Shown: piece by piece, positions 50,574 to 64,000 of the stretch
Position numbering within the stretch: the first letter of the stretch is position 1
Layout of the letters: each line of letters opens with the position of its first letter
Source of the DNA: Lingula anatina
Taxonomy: Eukaryota; Animalia; Brachiopoda
DNA: 64,000 nucleotides
Assembly (NCBI GenBank): GCA_051362555.1
Contig: CM120640.1
Span: 58,382,788 to 58,446,787, forward strand
Direction of reading: 5' to 3'
The notes under the pieces: model-generated
Database searches by the model: none
What the model saw: only the letters and a program-made list of their open reading frames with translations
Told to the model about the DNA's origin: nothing
Translations under genes and position numbers: made by a program

Positions 50574-53500
50574 GTGAGTAGAATATTCACTTTCGCAGTT
50601 TCTAACTTTGATCTATATTTGGGTTTTGAAGCATTAGCAATTACACCAAAGATCACATAAGACGAAAAAAGCTGTTTTGATATTAATGAAACCTTTTTTC
50701 CCCCAAATATTCTAAGAAAATGGAAAAAACTGTATACTTCTGAAGTTCATTGCAGTAGTTTTTAGAACTGGCATTATCAGTCTGAGACTGTTTCCATAAT
50801 GTCTGTCCTAGACCTAGAATTATCATTTACTGGTGTTTCCTTTTGTTGATTGATTAGACCTAAAATTGTGTTTATCATCTAGCCTTTTTGCAATTTCCTT
50901 GTGTAAAATAAATCATGATTTTAACAGCTTAATTGCTCATAGAAAAGAAAGATCTATTAAATTTCTGACACAGAGATGGATATGCATTGTTCAAATATTC
51001 CAATTATAGAAATCCAAAGTTCTGCAGTAAAGAGCTTGGATGGAAATTGTTTTTGGATGTGTCAAGATTAATTTATTGTATTGAATGTTCTACTTGGTCT
51101 TCATTTTGTTTTAATGATTGCATTGGGTATGATGCCAAGTTTGAGGGATATTATATTTGGTGGATGAAATTTAATGTGTGTGGTATCCCTTTTTTGGACC
51201 GTTTATCTTGCAAAATGGAACAAAGAGTCCTGCCCTCACAGTGATAAAGGTAAAGGTGCAAATGAATTTGCCCACAAAGTGATAAAGTCAGATAGCAGTC
51301 AACAGAAAGGTAAGTGAAACTGTTCAAAGTTTTGACAAATGAGTTTTTACCCTTTCATAGAAGTCGAGTTAACAGTACTGAAAAATTGGGCATTATTGCT
51401 CAAAATTTACAAAACAAAATACCATAAGGAATATTTCCGTAACCAGCATTTCCCAATGAAAAGACTGACATCCTTTTCGAAATCATAAATTGTGAGTGGG
51501 AAGATTAATGACATTGTTGAAGTCATGTTTTCAGTGGGAGTTCTTGGTAAAGAGAGTGGAGGAGGAATATTGTGCAGATTTAAATGGCAGGTGTTACCAG
51601 GAATTGTTAAGTCATTGTTCACAACTGCTTAAAAGTACCTGCTAAAATCTCCTTGCACAGCAGACTGATGATGATGCATAGTTTGAACCATTGAAATGCT
51701 GCTAAGAGCAACCTCTTCATCATGTCTTCATCTGTGACTAAAATCTCTTCATGTATAGAGTTTTATTAGGTTCTTTGTCATAACTTGCAAGGATTCACAA
51801 GGATTTCTAGTTGGCTGCTTGTTTGGTACTAAATTGAGCAATAATATTTTTAAGATCAAAATTTTCAGGTAAAATCTCCAAAAATGCATGTTCATTATTT
51901 GACATGTTTTTTATTTTCATGATATTTTGTTTTGCAAAAATCCACTGATTGCTTTGAGTTTCTCAGGCGTCTACATTGTCCGTGCTGCCTTGTTAAACTA
52001 TATGATTTAAGATCCAAAGATAATTTTTTTTAGGTTATCAATCTTTTTCATGACTGCACACAGTTTTTTCTTAATGAGCAGCTTTTTTCTGTCACTCCTG
52101 CTTACTGTCAATGATGTGAGCTTCAGGCTGTGATCAGACAAGTTCCCCACCATTCATCTCACACAGACGCATTCATGTGTGTATATTTGCTTTTCATTTG
52201 CACAAGAACCACCGGAGGCTGGCTGAATACATTCATTGGAGGATGAAAATTATTTGAGCGCACGACTAACAGTAAAAAAAGGCAACCCCAGGAAAATTAT
52301 ACTGTTCAACATAACCTCTTCCCCTTTTTTCATTTACTCTCATGAATATATTATTCACGCAGGAAATCCACTTGTGGTTGCATCTGCAGAATGGTGGTAA
52401 TTGTGAGAGAGATTAATTTGGATGGCATTACCTTGGATAATTTGTAATAATCTTCATAAAAAGCAACAAAGAACAAATTTACTCCTATATGTGGTGCAGC
52501 CAATGGTGATTTATCACAATGATGCTCCCAGTTGATGTGATTTTATGCTGCGTATTGATCTTTTAAACAAGAAGGGGCTGCATTTATACTGGATACAGGG
52601 CTGATGGGTTTTATTAACAAAGCCTGATAGTTGATATTGTAAATGAGAACCCAAGCCTTCAGGGCGAGCACATTGGAGGAAAACAACCCACCTTGACTTG
52701 ACTTCCTGAACATTAATTTCCAGAGAAGTGACTGCCATTGGAAATATGCACAGAGCTTTTTATTATCAGATGGCAGGTAAGGTTTCATGACCATTCCCAC
52801 TGCCAGCATCTTTTTCAAGGTCAGTGATCACTATCAAAGCAGCAGAAAAGAAAAGATGGAGGATTCATTCCATGGTGATGTATATTTGTAGCTAGCATGA
52901 GGGTCTGGGTGTATGTAGAGATATAATTACATTGGCTTGAGTAGTATATTGGCAAAAATTGATGTTTGTCAGGAAATGTTTTGATTGTATTAGGTAGTCT
53001 GATAACGGCATTGTTCATGTGTTCTGGTCATCTGTGAAGACTTGCAACCTTTGGTTGTGTATGTTGGTCATTTATATTAGTCATTTATAGACATGCAAAC
53101 TTTCATCCTAGCTTGAAAACTAGACCACCTTTAAAGTAATTCATCAATTCGCATATGATATAGCCGGATTTAGATAGAGATTTTCATAAATTGGTTTGTG
53201 CCTCAAATGAGATTAGCTTGCATTCCCAGTAAGGATGAAGAATAAATTGGATTTGCAGAGTTTGGGCTTACTGCAGATAAAATATATCTTTGCAGGATAA
53301 GAAAATGCAGGAGAGCATTAAGATGGCAGATTGAAAAACGATCCTGTAATATTCAGTAATCTCTGTGTAGTCCAGCATGCCAGCAGTGTAAAATCTCATA
53401 CACAAGATTCTAGAAAGGAACGATTCCCTGTTAACTTCCTTGTGTGTGCGTGCGCATGCATACATGCACCCGTGTGTATGAGTGAGTGCAAACGCAAGTG

Positions 53501-55188
53501 TGTGTGTGTGAGTGATTGCCTGTCAGATTGTCTATCTGTCTGATAAGTTTTTTTTTAGATGATATGTTAGAGGAATAGTACAGGTGAAGTTCTGATGAAG
53601 TGAGGCTTGCAGTCTGACACAACGAGAGAGAGAAAGAGAGCAGTGTTATGCTATTAGCTGACAAGAGCTGCTGTTAAATTCATGCAAATTATAAGATCCC
53701 TAGTGAGGGGACTTCATTCATGATGCAAATGCTCAGAGTGAACTCGAGGGATCTTTTGATTTAATATGGGATGTTGGTTGAAAATACTTTTTATTGATGA
53801 AATGTGTATTATGTCAGATGATTGCATTAGGTTGTTGTGCTGCTGGTCTCTCCAGAGGCATTTACAGGACGGATGGTGAGGTCAGCCATGTCACCAAGGG
53901 ACCGGAGAAGGTGATAAAAGAAAGAAACATTAACGCTGCTGTTCCACAGAGACATGAGAATCATACACTTACTATTATTAGGTTTGGGAGCCACAGAAGT
54001 ACAGGTTAAAGATTACAAAACAGATATCAATAGATTTTTGACACGGAGCAGTGGTGGGGGACTCAGGTGTGATATATGGCTGTTGTTTCGGTTTCTGCTA
54101 ATTGTATTGCGCTGATGGAAAGATGTAGATTATCACTCATGGTGAAAATTGGTAGATGGAGAGTTTTTTGGAAGATGAGGAAAGCAAATGCCCATGCTTT
54201 TTACAATAAGTGTAGTGAAATTGTAATGGTGGAAGTTCTTCCTGATTAAGTACATGAAGATAGTTAAAATGGGTGTGGGAGGAGGAGATCGAATCATATA
54301 ACCATTAATCAAAAAGGTAGAAGAGAGGAAATTAAATTCACTACTTACACAAGCCATTTATAACATTGTTAGTATAAATATTCTGTGGCGTTGTCACTTC
54401 TGATTTTGAGAGCCTTGGGCTCCATTTGTCCCAGTGCAGTAACCGATTCAATAGCAGCAATTAGTCATTGATCTGTATAGAGTGGTCATGTTATACCCTG
54501 GGGCGGGCATGGAAATTAGTTTCCATGGTGACCTCATCTTTTGCACATTGGTCCTTTGTCTGCTTTCCACTTGATCAGCAGTCGCTGGCATCCCCAGAAG
54601 ACATGCATCTGCAAAAATCAATAAATGGAGAGACCGAAAAACGATAAAAATGAGCTCTGTTAAAACTGTGGAGGAAATCAACTTGCCAACCATCATGTTG
54701 ACATAGGTCTTTTCAAAATTTGAAGCAGTTAAACTGACTTGTGGATCAATATTTGTTGACTTGTATTCTCATTATTATTCTAGGGTCTGATAGCTCTGTG
54801 TCTGGCTTGAATTATAGCCAGACTAAAGATACACAGAAATGTTTAAGTGGTGTGAAGTCCTATAAAATCCACATATACCTAGAACTGAAATAGGACTTTA
54901 TGGATCGTTTTAAAATCCTTAATCAGATAATTACTATCCTGCTTTGGCACTTTCAAGATGAAAGATTTACTTTTAATCTATTGATCAGACCTGGGGCAGA
55001 GTAATTACAGTAGACAATCTTATACATATTTTTTTTTTAATTTGGAGAGAATGTAGACAAAAAAGAAGAGATGTTGAATTAACATGAACTAATTGCAACT
55101 TGATAATCTGTAATTGATTTCCCCTCTTGCATTTTTCTCTTTTTTAAAATTATGATGCCATATAAAAGAATGGGGTGATGTGATGATG

Positions 55189-55190
<2 letters not shown>

Positions 55191-55270
<80 letters not shown>
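55191..55270. repeat. (GT)40 microsatellite
   Basis: Read directly. Confidence 0.95.
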
Positions 55271-55272
<2 letters not shown>

Positions 55273-58200
55273 ATCAACTTGCATATTCTTTTATGACGAT
55301 CTTTTTTTCCAAAAAGGTTCTCTTTGTGTTGTGTACTCCTTGCTTACAATAGCCCTTTTTTCACAGCTGTGAGCTAAATAGTAATACATTTCATTGAATT
55401 CCCTAGTTTCCTCATCTAAGATCTTATGAAGATTGAAAGTAGTACTCTCTAGTGGGTTGTTGTAAAGGAATTTCAGTTAGTACATTCAGCAAGCAGCCTG
55501 AACCCTGTCATGTTATTGATGCTTATTCTCATTCTCTGTGGATTTGAAGGCATTCAGTCGTTGTGAAAGCCTGGCAGAGGCTGGTATTTATCTCAGTAAG
55601 CCATGCAGGGACAGTTATCAACCCAGGGGACAAATAGAATGGGATCTAGCATTAATAAAAATTATCTGAGACGGCAGGTATCCCTGGAGGCTGGGTTGTG
55701 GCAGGAGGATGTCTAAAAGGTGGATGCTTTGCCTGCCGGGTGCATGCAGAGCGACCGACCAAGTGGGAAGTATTGGGTATTTTTTACCATAATTGCCTCC
55801 AGAATTCCCTTGTAACAGCATTTTATTCTATTGATCTCCTCCCTAGGCAGTGATATTGATGGCCAAAAATGTCCAATTTGACAAAGTCATTTCAATAATC
55901 ATATTTATTGGTGGTATAAGCAGCGCAGATAATGTATTTATTAGAATAATTGATCTATTGTAATTGTAGATTGATCAAGTACATTATCTTCCATACCTAT
56001 AATATGTGAATAAGTCACTACTGGAAGGTTTTAATTTGCAGTGTATTAGCATTGACTGTTTGGTGTTCTCGTCTTTATGAAAAGGTTTGTTGGACTTGGT
56101 AAGAGTGTAAGCTGGTGTTTTTATCACTATCAGGGTGAGTGAAGCTACTTGACAGTGTTATTTTTGTGGATAAATTCTGTAGCCTTATTGGGTAAGGATA
56201 ATGAATTACAGGTAGTATTTTTATATATGAAATTTGGTATTGTTCATTTTTTTAAAGGACTGGTCTTTTTTTTTTTTTTTCGTCTTGTTATAAGAATCAG
56301 GTGCTCTAATTTTTACAGATAATTTGTAGAAAAAAGAATGTTTATGCTGGTATATTTTTATTTTTTTCAAAAGTTATGTAACATTGTATTTTCTTGGATA
56401 ATTTTTCTCTAATTTTTTCTACAGTTTCTGATTTTTAGGACAAATGTACTTCCTTTGTTTATAGCTGTCCTATTTTTGGTTCTGTATGAGTATTTTGTTC
56501 TGTCATGCCAGTTTATGTTAATAAGTAATTGTTCAAATCCATCCCATAAGCACCTGTTTGTTTGGGAAAAAGGGTACTAATTAATTAGTCATGTGGTTTT
56601 CAGTTCCTGGTAAATCCACAGTGGTTTCATACCCTAGCATAATTTTTTTAAACAAGCATATTATCTTGCACTTATGCTTTAAGTTATAATGAATGTACAT
56701 TTCCCTCTCATGTTTGCCAAATGTGCATGTAGATAGATGCCAGTAAATGTTAGTTTCCTCTGTGCACACATTATGTGCCAAAAAAAAAAAGTAATTTGTT
56801 CTTCACTAAAGTGCAGTCGAGGAGGAAATAATATACTGTAAGTTTGGGATTTGGCCAATTGGAGATGATAGGCTTGTAAATGAGATCCTATTTGTAGAAA
56901 ATTGGACTAGTGAGTTGGGACTTTCCATCTATTGGCCATAGCTTCTAGGCAGAAGCTAATTGTGCCGACTGATCAAGTATCTTGTCTCCAGTGTGGATGT
57001 GAGCAAGCCCTGAACAGCCAGATTCATCATCCTGTCATTTGCCTGTTGTTCTAGTTTAGGTCTCAAAGTCTCCAACCTGCTGTACACGGACAATTGCTAT
57101 TAGGAAAGCAGTGGTTTTCAGTCAGGAAAATAGTCTAGATTAATCTCTGAACAGCAGAGGCAAACCTCTGGTGGCTATAGTAATCTGCTTAGTTCTCATT
57201 ACCTATTCTGAGTTTTGTAGATTCTGTTGACTGATGGGTCCCAGAGGTGACTTAATTACTCCAGTGACTTGAATGGAAAAGCTGATAACCACAATCTGGA
57301 TCCCTCTGGCACCAGAGCAGAGACTTCAAGGAAGTCCCTTAAGGTCAGAGGTCAAAGACGGGATGAAATTGACTGGTGGGATGTATTTTTCTTGGCAGGA
57401 TCGAACAGATACTAAATGTAAATGTGGAAAACTAATTTGATTTAGTGGAGTTGTATTCTCATGTGATAATAGCAAGAAATTGATCCGAGAGAGGAGAGGA
57501 AGTTGCCATCAGTCAGTAGCCATTGTGCCATGTTTTTGTTTTCTAACTGCTACATAGAACACCAGAAATAGACTTTGGAAAATCATCATATTAATATCAT
57601 ATCTCTGGATGTGACCTCCCAGCTGCTGAGGTTAAAAGCCGGCTGAATCTAGAAGTGATGTAGCATTTGGCAAAGGTCAGTTTGAAAATCCCTCTTAACC
57701 TTTGGAAACATGTTGGCATTTTGTGTTTTCATGTCAAGCTCCTACTGGGCTGGAAATTGCAGTATCGATCTCACTTACTGAGAACGCAGGCAGGGAGGCA
57801 GGGTAATATTGTGTAAATTATGTTCGACTTATCACCAGGATGATGTGTGCTCCCCTTGTTATGATATGATGAAAGCTTGACCACCTATGAATTTATCAAT
57901 GCAACAAGGACAAATATTGGCCAAGCAAGTGGTGTTGACAGGAGCAGCCGTAGCTGCAAAGAGGTGAAGTAATTGTGTGCATTTACCTGGGTTGAAGAGC
58001 CAAGGATTGTTATGTCTTGATACAGAAATAACAGGGGAGTCCTCTGTTCTCCTGTTTTATCAGAGGTTGAACAAACAGCTTGGAAGCTGTTTGACAACTG
58101 GTTGATGGTGGGTCAACAATCGCTTTTAAACTTGGAAATCGTTGAGCTCTGAACCTGACTGATTTCTAGACTCTTCACTCTTGAACAGATCTCTCTGTCA

Positions 58201-61200
58201 CATATCTGCCCAGGTGACTCCTAGGGGAGCATACATAAGGTGCTCAGTTTGAGGAAGGTAGGTGGGAGCTAAATATGGAAACGGTAGGTCGAGTAAATTA
58301 ATCAAGGTAAGAAAAGACAGTTATCATATTTTATGTAATGAATGGATACTGTCTCTTGTGGTTTATCTTCTCCATTGCATGACTGTTGTTATGATTAGAT
58401 TTTTTTTGTATATAATATCTTGTTTTTCATTGCTTATTGTCATGTCCCTGTGGTTGTGTAACAGTCTCAGAAGGTAATAATCATCAGTCAAGACTTCCAG
58501 TGAAAAATAACCACCCAATTTTTAAGGGAAAAAAAATTCAGCCTAGGTGTAAAAAGTCTAGCCCATAGCTCACACTCTGAGTGAGTAGGTGTCATTCAGA
58601 GACTATATTTGTCTCACACAAATACTTTTAATATATGGAAATTACATTGGTTATCTTCCCCTCTGTCATGACCACATTTATGTGTCAGATTAAACTTTAA
58701 AGAGATTAGGGAGGAATCAACAACGGCGAGGAGGTCTTTGCCTATTGGCACTGACCTGACATCTTTCTGCAGTGTAAGTTACTAATAGCATTTAAAAAAT
58801 CAAACCATAAGTGGATTTCCAGATTACTAACCCAAAGAGGAACTTGTTATGTAGTGGTGGTTAGACACGCTGCTGCCTTATGAAACCTGTCTTCCAAAGG
58901 GACACAGTCATGTAATATTTTTAGAGATAACTGAATTAAGTTTATCTAATCTGTAATTAGGAGATTAGGTAAGAAATAGAGACGTAAAACAAGAGAAGGG
59001 CACTTTCTGATGGGTCACTATAGGAAATATTAAAAAAAAAAAGATCTCCCAGAGTTCACCTGTCTGTAGGACAAGTACAGTGGTGTACATATTTAACCAA
59101 GCTCTGTGGGAGACGCACTCATGGTTCAAGAGCTTTTTACCCACTTTGTTCCTGTGCCAATATAATTATTTGTGCAATAAACCTTTGCACTATAGAGGAC
59201 CACTCAAGACCTAAGGTGAGCATGTGAAGAGGACAGAAAATGAGGGAATATTCCCCCTAGCATACCCAGCACATGTAGTAAATCTCCTCTATTACCAGAG
59301 ATTAACCTTGTTGCCATTTTTCCTGTTTGGAAAATGTGTAGCAAATTGGGAAAGTTCAAGCAGGGCTGATGTATTGAATTCAATGTGATTTGATCTCTTA
59401 TACAAATGCCTCTTGAAACTAGGCAAATTTGTTTGATCATGTCACTGCATCAAGGGTTCTCCAATGTCAGCATTACATAAGAATCCTTTGTATACTTAGT
59501 GGGACTGCTTATAGGGTTCCTCAATAACAAGAGACAGGTAGCAAGATATACAGAGTGATGCCTGGGTAAAAGGTTAAAGAGTAATTTACCAGCATATCTT
59601 GAAGCATGCTCCATGGAGCCCCTTTGTTGTTAGTAAAATAGACCCAGTGAGGATGGCTAGGATCCAGGTTGGGTGGTTAGAATAAGGTAAGTGTTGGGGT
59701 AATATGAGGAGTAGATGCTTGCAACTCTGCGTAATTTCTCCACAATACACTTGACTGGTTGACTTTATCTCTTGTGCGCAGCTGGGAGGAAAGAAACCAA
59801 TAACGATGATCGAATTACTGTTTTATGTGAAGGTGGGGGCAAAAGAAGCTGATGTTTTAGCTCATGGGATCCCATGTTACATTATACTTAGGTAGCAAGG
59901 ATCACATTTTGGTGTGTGTCAGCTTTCAAATGAGGCTTTGATAGGTCCCCTCTGACCTTCCATCCACAACCATGCTTTCTTTAATATAATCATTACTATT
60001 CTAGTCACATTGCAACTGCATTGAGAACTGCTAAAGTGAGCCACTTCATCCATTGTGTCTTAGCATGTTGTGCATATAGGATTGCTCGCTCAAGTCTTCA
60101 GTACAGAGAAAACCCAGATAGATTACTGGCCAACCTGCAGAGGAATATAAGCTACAGACCCCTGAAGATTCTGATTATAATCTACCTTGATTATCTCAAG
60201 AGATGATCTTAATCTCCACATGTGACCTGTTGGAACATTAATGAATGCGAGGGCAGAACACAACAGGACTTCTGATCTATACAGTCACAGCATATAGACA
60301 GTAGAGCACACAAACTGAGGGTTGGGCATCATTTACAGTGCTTTTTGTGTAAATGTAGTCATACAGATTGTAAAAAGAGGATTTAATAGTTGAAATTTAG
60401 TGGATTATCCCTGAAAGAAAAAAAGGGGACAAATTATTTAAAGGTACATTAGTCATAGACGTGATAAAAAGGTGTAATGGATTCAATTTGCAGGAGTATT
60501 ATTAAAGGAAACAAGGAGTGATGGGTGAAAGGTAGGTTATTGTGATTTCCTAATGACCTCTGCCTTGACTTCATATTTATGTTAAATGAAGGAAGTAATT
60601 TTTTATCGGTACTTATGACCTCCAGTGAGTTTGTTTCCCCCAAAGTGTTGTAGTTCTGCCAGTGCATGTCCAGCAGCGACTGTAAACTGGCTTTGACATC
60701 TCTGTTGGAGTTGGCACTTTGGGTAATGAAGAATTTGATGCAAATTGATTGGTTGATTTACTCTTATCACCACCCCCAATTGAGTTTGTTACCAGAAATT
60801 ACATGGCAGTAATTGTGTTAAGTGTGAACTGATGAGTGTTGATGTTGGCAGTGCCTTATGGTTCTGTGGCCTGGCTGCTCCCAACCTTTCCAGCTGCTTG
60901 AACATAGCTATGGAAATTAGCAGCATCTGTGCAAATATTTAGAGAGTGTTTATCTGTGAGCTCTAGCCTGACAGCTGTTGAGCCTCTTGAAACATTTTCC
61001 CCCAGCCTGTAGTGAAAGTATGTACATTATGTCGGGTGTAATCACTATTCAACACTTTCAAGCGTGGTTTTCATGTTTGCAGAAATAGCTTGGCCATTAC
61101 ATTGGCTTCCAGCATAGCATGAGAAATTCAATGAGCCATAATTGCTTCTCTAACTAGAAGCAAATCTGCTGACATCAAAGCTAGCAGAGGCCTGATACTC

Positions 61201-64000
61201 AAAGAAGGTTTTCCTATTACTGAGTGTGTTCTATCATAACAGAGAAATCAGAGGCACCTTTGTCGGCCATTAGTGCCACGACTTCTAGATTGATTCCAGT
61301 TGTGAGTTGTACACTTGGTAAAATGGCAAATGGTTTGTTAAACAAGACTTTGAAATGTTGTATTTATTCAGTTGTAAGGTTGCCTGATTTAACTCCAAAT
61401 CACAATCTAAACCAGATTTACCAGATGTGGTAAAAACAAAAAAATGTGAGCCTCCATTTCTTTTGTGCTGCAATTTTAATTCTTCTCATTGCTCAACGAA
61501 AAAACAATTAATACGCAATAAATCACTGTAACTGGCTTTTGAATTGGTATGGCTGGTTAGAAACTACAGGCTTGGTTTGTATTGGTAGCTAGGGCAACTT
61601 GTAAGCATTGGTGAAGAATTTTTTATACCTATTGACAGGCCTGTTAAAGCTTTTTTCTTTTACATTTTCACATGCATCACTGATGAGCACAAGTATTTTG
61701 AACCTGTGGCCTGTGAAAGGCTATCAGCATACAAATATAGCAATCCAAAATAAATACAGCTATGTTAACTGATGGAGATAATAATGCTAAGTGGTAGGAG
61801 TAGTTGTAAAGTGCACTTATCTGGAACAAGACACAAGATAGAAGTTATCTGATGAACACGATTGCAGGGGAATAGTTTATTCAAGTTATCTGAAGCATCT
61901 AGGAGCCGCTTGTAAAGAAAGGCATTATTGGCATGCCCATTTCGACAAGAGAAAAACTGTTTTTGAGGTTTCATTATGAACTGAACCACCCTGCGTCAAA
62001 TCTGAATAAGGCATTAGGAGGAAAAAACATCAGGAAGGAGGGTTTATACTTTATTGGGATTGCTGAGATGATAATAATAATAACACACCTTCTAGCCTGA
62101 ACAGGTAGGTGGAATTGACATTTTTTGACATCTTTCCAAGTATTAGTGGCAGGTGCATTTGTCTCCCACCACGGAGCTAGTAGGCTTTATTTCTATTTCT
62201 TCCATCAGATTCGAAATATCTAACAGTGAGTGAAGTACAGCAACAAGGAAAGCTGTCTGGTTTGATGGATTTGTATGCTGTCCACATGTTGCCTCAGTGA
62301 GTAGATGACAGACAGCACATGATTGTTGTAGTAAGAACTGTCATTGTTTTACAAGTCCTCCTACTTGCATGCTACAACTCATCAGTACCAGTTGCACATG
62401 GGAGGGACCATGTGGTAGTTATTGGAATTTATCTCTACCAACATGTGAATTACAATAGGTCTGGATCTATGTGCCTGGCACTCCAGCTTTTCCTCTGCTG
62501 TTGAATCTTCAGCAGACCTTAAAGTGGACAAGCTGTGGGCTTTCTTATCGCTGGGATATTAAAGAGTTAAATTATTACCCTGGCTTATCAGGTAATTTCA
62601 TCTGGATTAAAAGGGCTACATGATGAAGGGGTTGTTTTCTTTAATGGCCAATCTGATAGCTGTGTGGGTCATACAGGTAGTAATAAGCTGTCAGATGCTG
62701 GGTAGATCCAGTTACTGAATTCAGCAGCTGAATGAGACATACAGAAAGGAGACCAGTCAGGCGGAGACAGACTCTTGGGACAGTTGACTGGGTAAAGAAG
62801 CCTGCTGTGACAGGTTGTGAGGGCTTTTATCTTCTTACAGAACCCATAGAGCACACACTACTTCTGTGTGCCCCACTCCACAGTGCCAGGGCCAGCACCA
62901 CTTACTGAGGACTACTTCTGGGGTTTTATCTTGACACGTTTGACAGGTTGATGTGACTGGAAGGTAATCTCTTTATCCAAGCTTCTCTGATCAGAAGTGA
63001 GGTTGTTTATCAGCAGCAGGTAGCAGGATGAGACAGATGTCTCTGTGAGAGAAGGACAGGCAACAGTGATAATTACATCCTTCAACACAAGGATATTTGA
63101 TCCAAACAGCTACCCCTCCTCCGCGTGGAGGTTGTATGGAGTATGCATGTGATGACAAGACTTTGGATCTGACTCATAGAAAATGTCAACCATGTTGCCA
63201 CGGGGATGAGTGACATGCCACAGGGATTCTGGCCAATTTTCTCCCGACTTGCTATTCAATATCAATGTGCTAATACCAAGCATTTGGGAAATAATTGACA
63301 CAGGAAAGGTTATATGTTTACTTTGGCTCTGTTATGTTTTCAAGATAGTTGTCTGATCTCACATGTGGTTGCACGAAATGAAATGGATTTTCTCTGGATA
63401 TTATATAGGTTTTTTATTTTCTTGGAAAAGTTTCTAGTACCTCATTATCAAGAAATACTTAACACACTGTATTTCTTCTGAAGAAGGAAATCAGCTCAAG
63501 AGACACAGCAAGTGTTTTGCACCAGAGAAAGATGGATTTTGAAGTAGGGGCTATCTTTATTACTGGATTGGTGTTGAATGATGCCTCTTCAGCATTCTAG
63601 AGTACAAGTATGTCAAGTAATGGCATCTCTGGAGTGATAAGTAGCCATAAAACAGGGCCTGTTTGCTATTTAGTCTGTCCTCCTTGCGGGCCATCATAAT
63701 GATGATAAATTGAAGCAGCAAGTTATTATACAGGGGGATGTTTAGGTTGTTTTTTGGCATGAGGTATCACTGCTGATCCAATTTCCATCTATTAATTTGT
63801 AGTCTTAAGGCAGTGGGCCGCTCTCTACTGATTCTGCTGTATCTGGAGGAAGGATATAAAATCAACAGGAATAGATGGAGTGCCGTGTAGAACAGTTTGT
63901 TTGTCTTGCTGTTCCTAGTGAGCAGAGGATGGTGTCAAGAAGTTTGTTCACCTGGTTTAAATATCAAGAAATTAACTGGTTGTTTATGGAGCATTTTATG

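Noticed and set aside
54780-55900. Possible next AUTS2 exon (GSD.. after AG near 54783 and 55845)
   Set aside because: The SD-containing frames are not phase 0 relative to the AG, and the phase-0 frames hit stops or look non-coding. The next exon is probably beyond the window.
1-64000. Remaining 60-130-aa ORFs in the track; tRNA, rRNA and other structured RNA genes
   Set aside because: The ORFs have F/L/I/C-rich composition typical of translated AT-rich intron, many with non-ATG starts and no motifs. I recognised no RNA gene signatures, though small ncRNAs cannot be excluded without a covariance-model search.

Overview
AT-rich animal (most likely invertebrate bilaterian) nuclear DNA, almost entirely intronic. 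The window lies inside one large + strand gene of the AUTS2/FBRSL1/FBRS/tay family. Three exons that the ORF track misses (45661-45771, 47444-47482, 50547-50573) splice in phase 0 to ...PQRSTSRDHLSD|VSSIQSSSGKGYI|CDSESGDER. This matches, from memory, human AUTS2 ...FHRSSSRERLSD|SSAPSSLGTGYF|CDSDSDQEEK, including the intron positions. A probable upstream exon lies at 23170-23355. The first ~45 kb carry many DNA transposon derivatives: PIF/Harbinger-type MITEs with 3-bp TSDs (nested, tandem and inverted-dimer arrangements), TTAA-flanked Kolobok-type elements (one 2.2-kb copy with a broken transposase 5' end, nested in a MITE) and one TA-flanked MITE. There are also two 5'-truncated RTE LINEs with TSDs. 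The last ~19 kb have no transposon I can recognise. Nearly all other ORFs in the track look like noise. I found no prokaryote-style novel system, RNA gene or CRISPR array. The most interesting points are the conserved AUTS2 micro-exon architecture, candidate regulatory DNA around it, and the transposon nesting and capture patterns. All homology calls are from recall and by eye, not from database searches.
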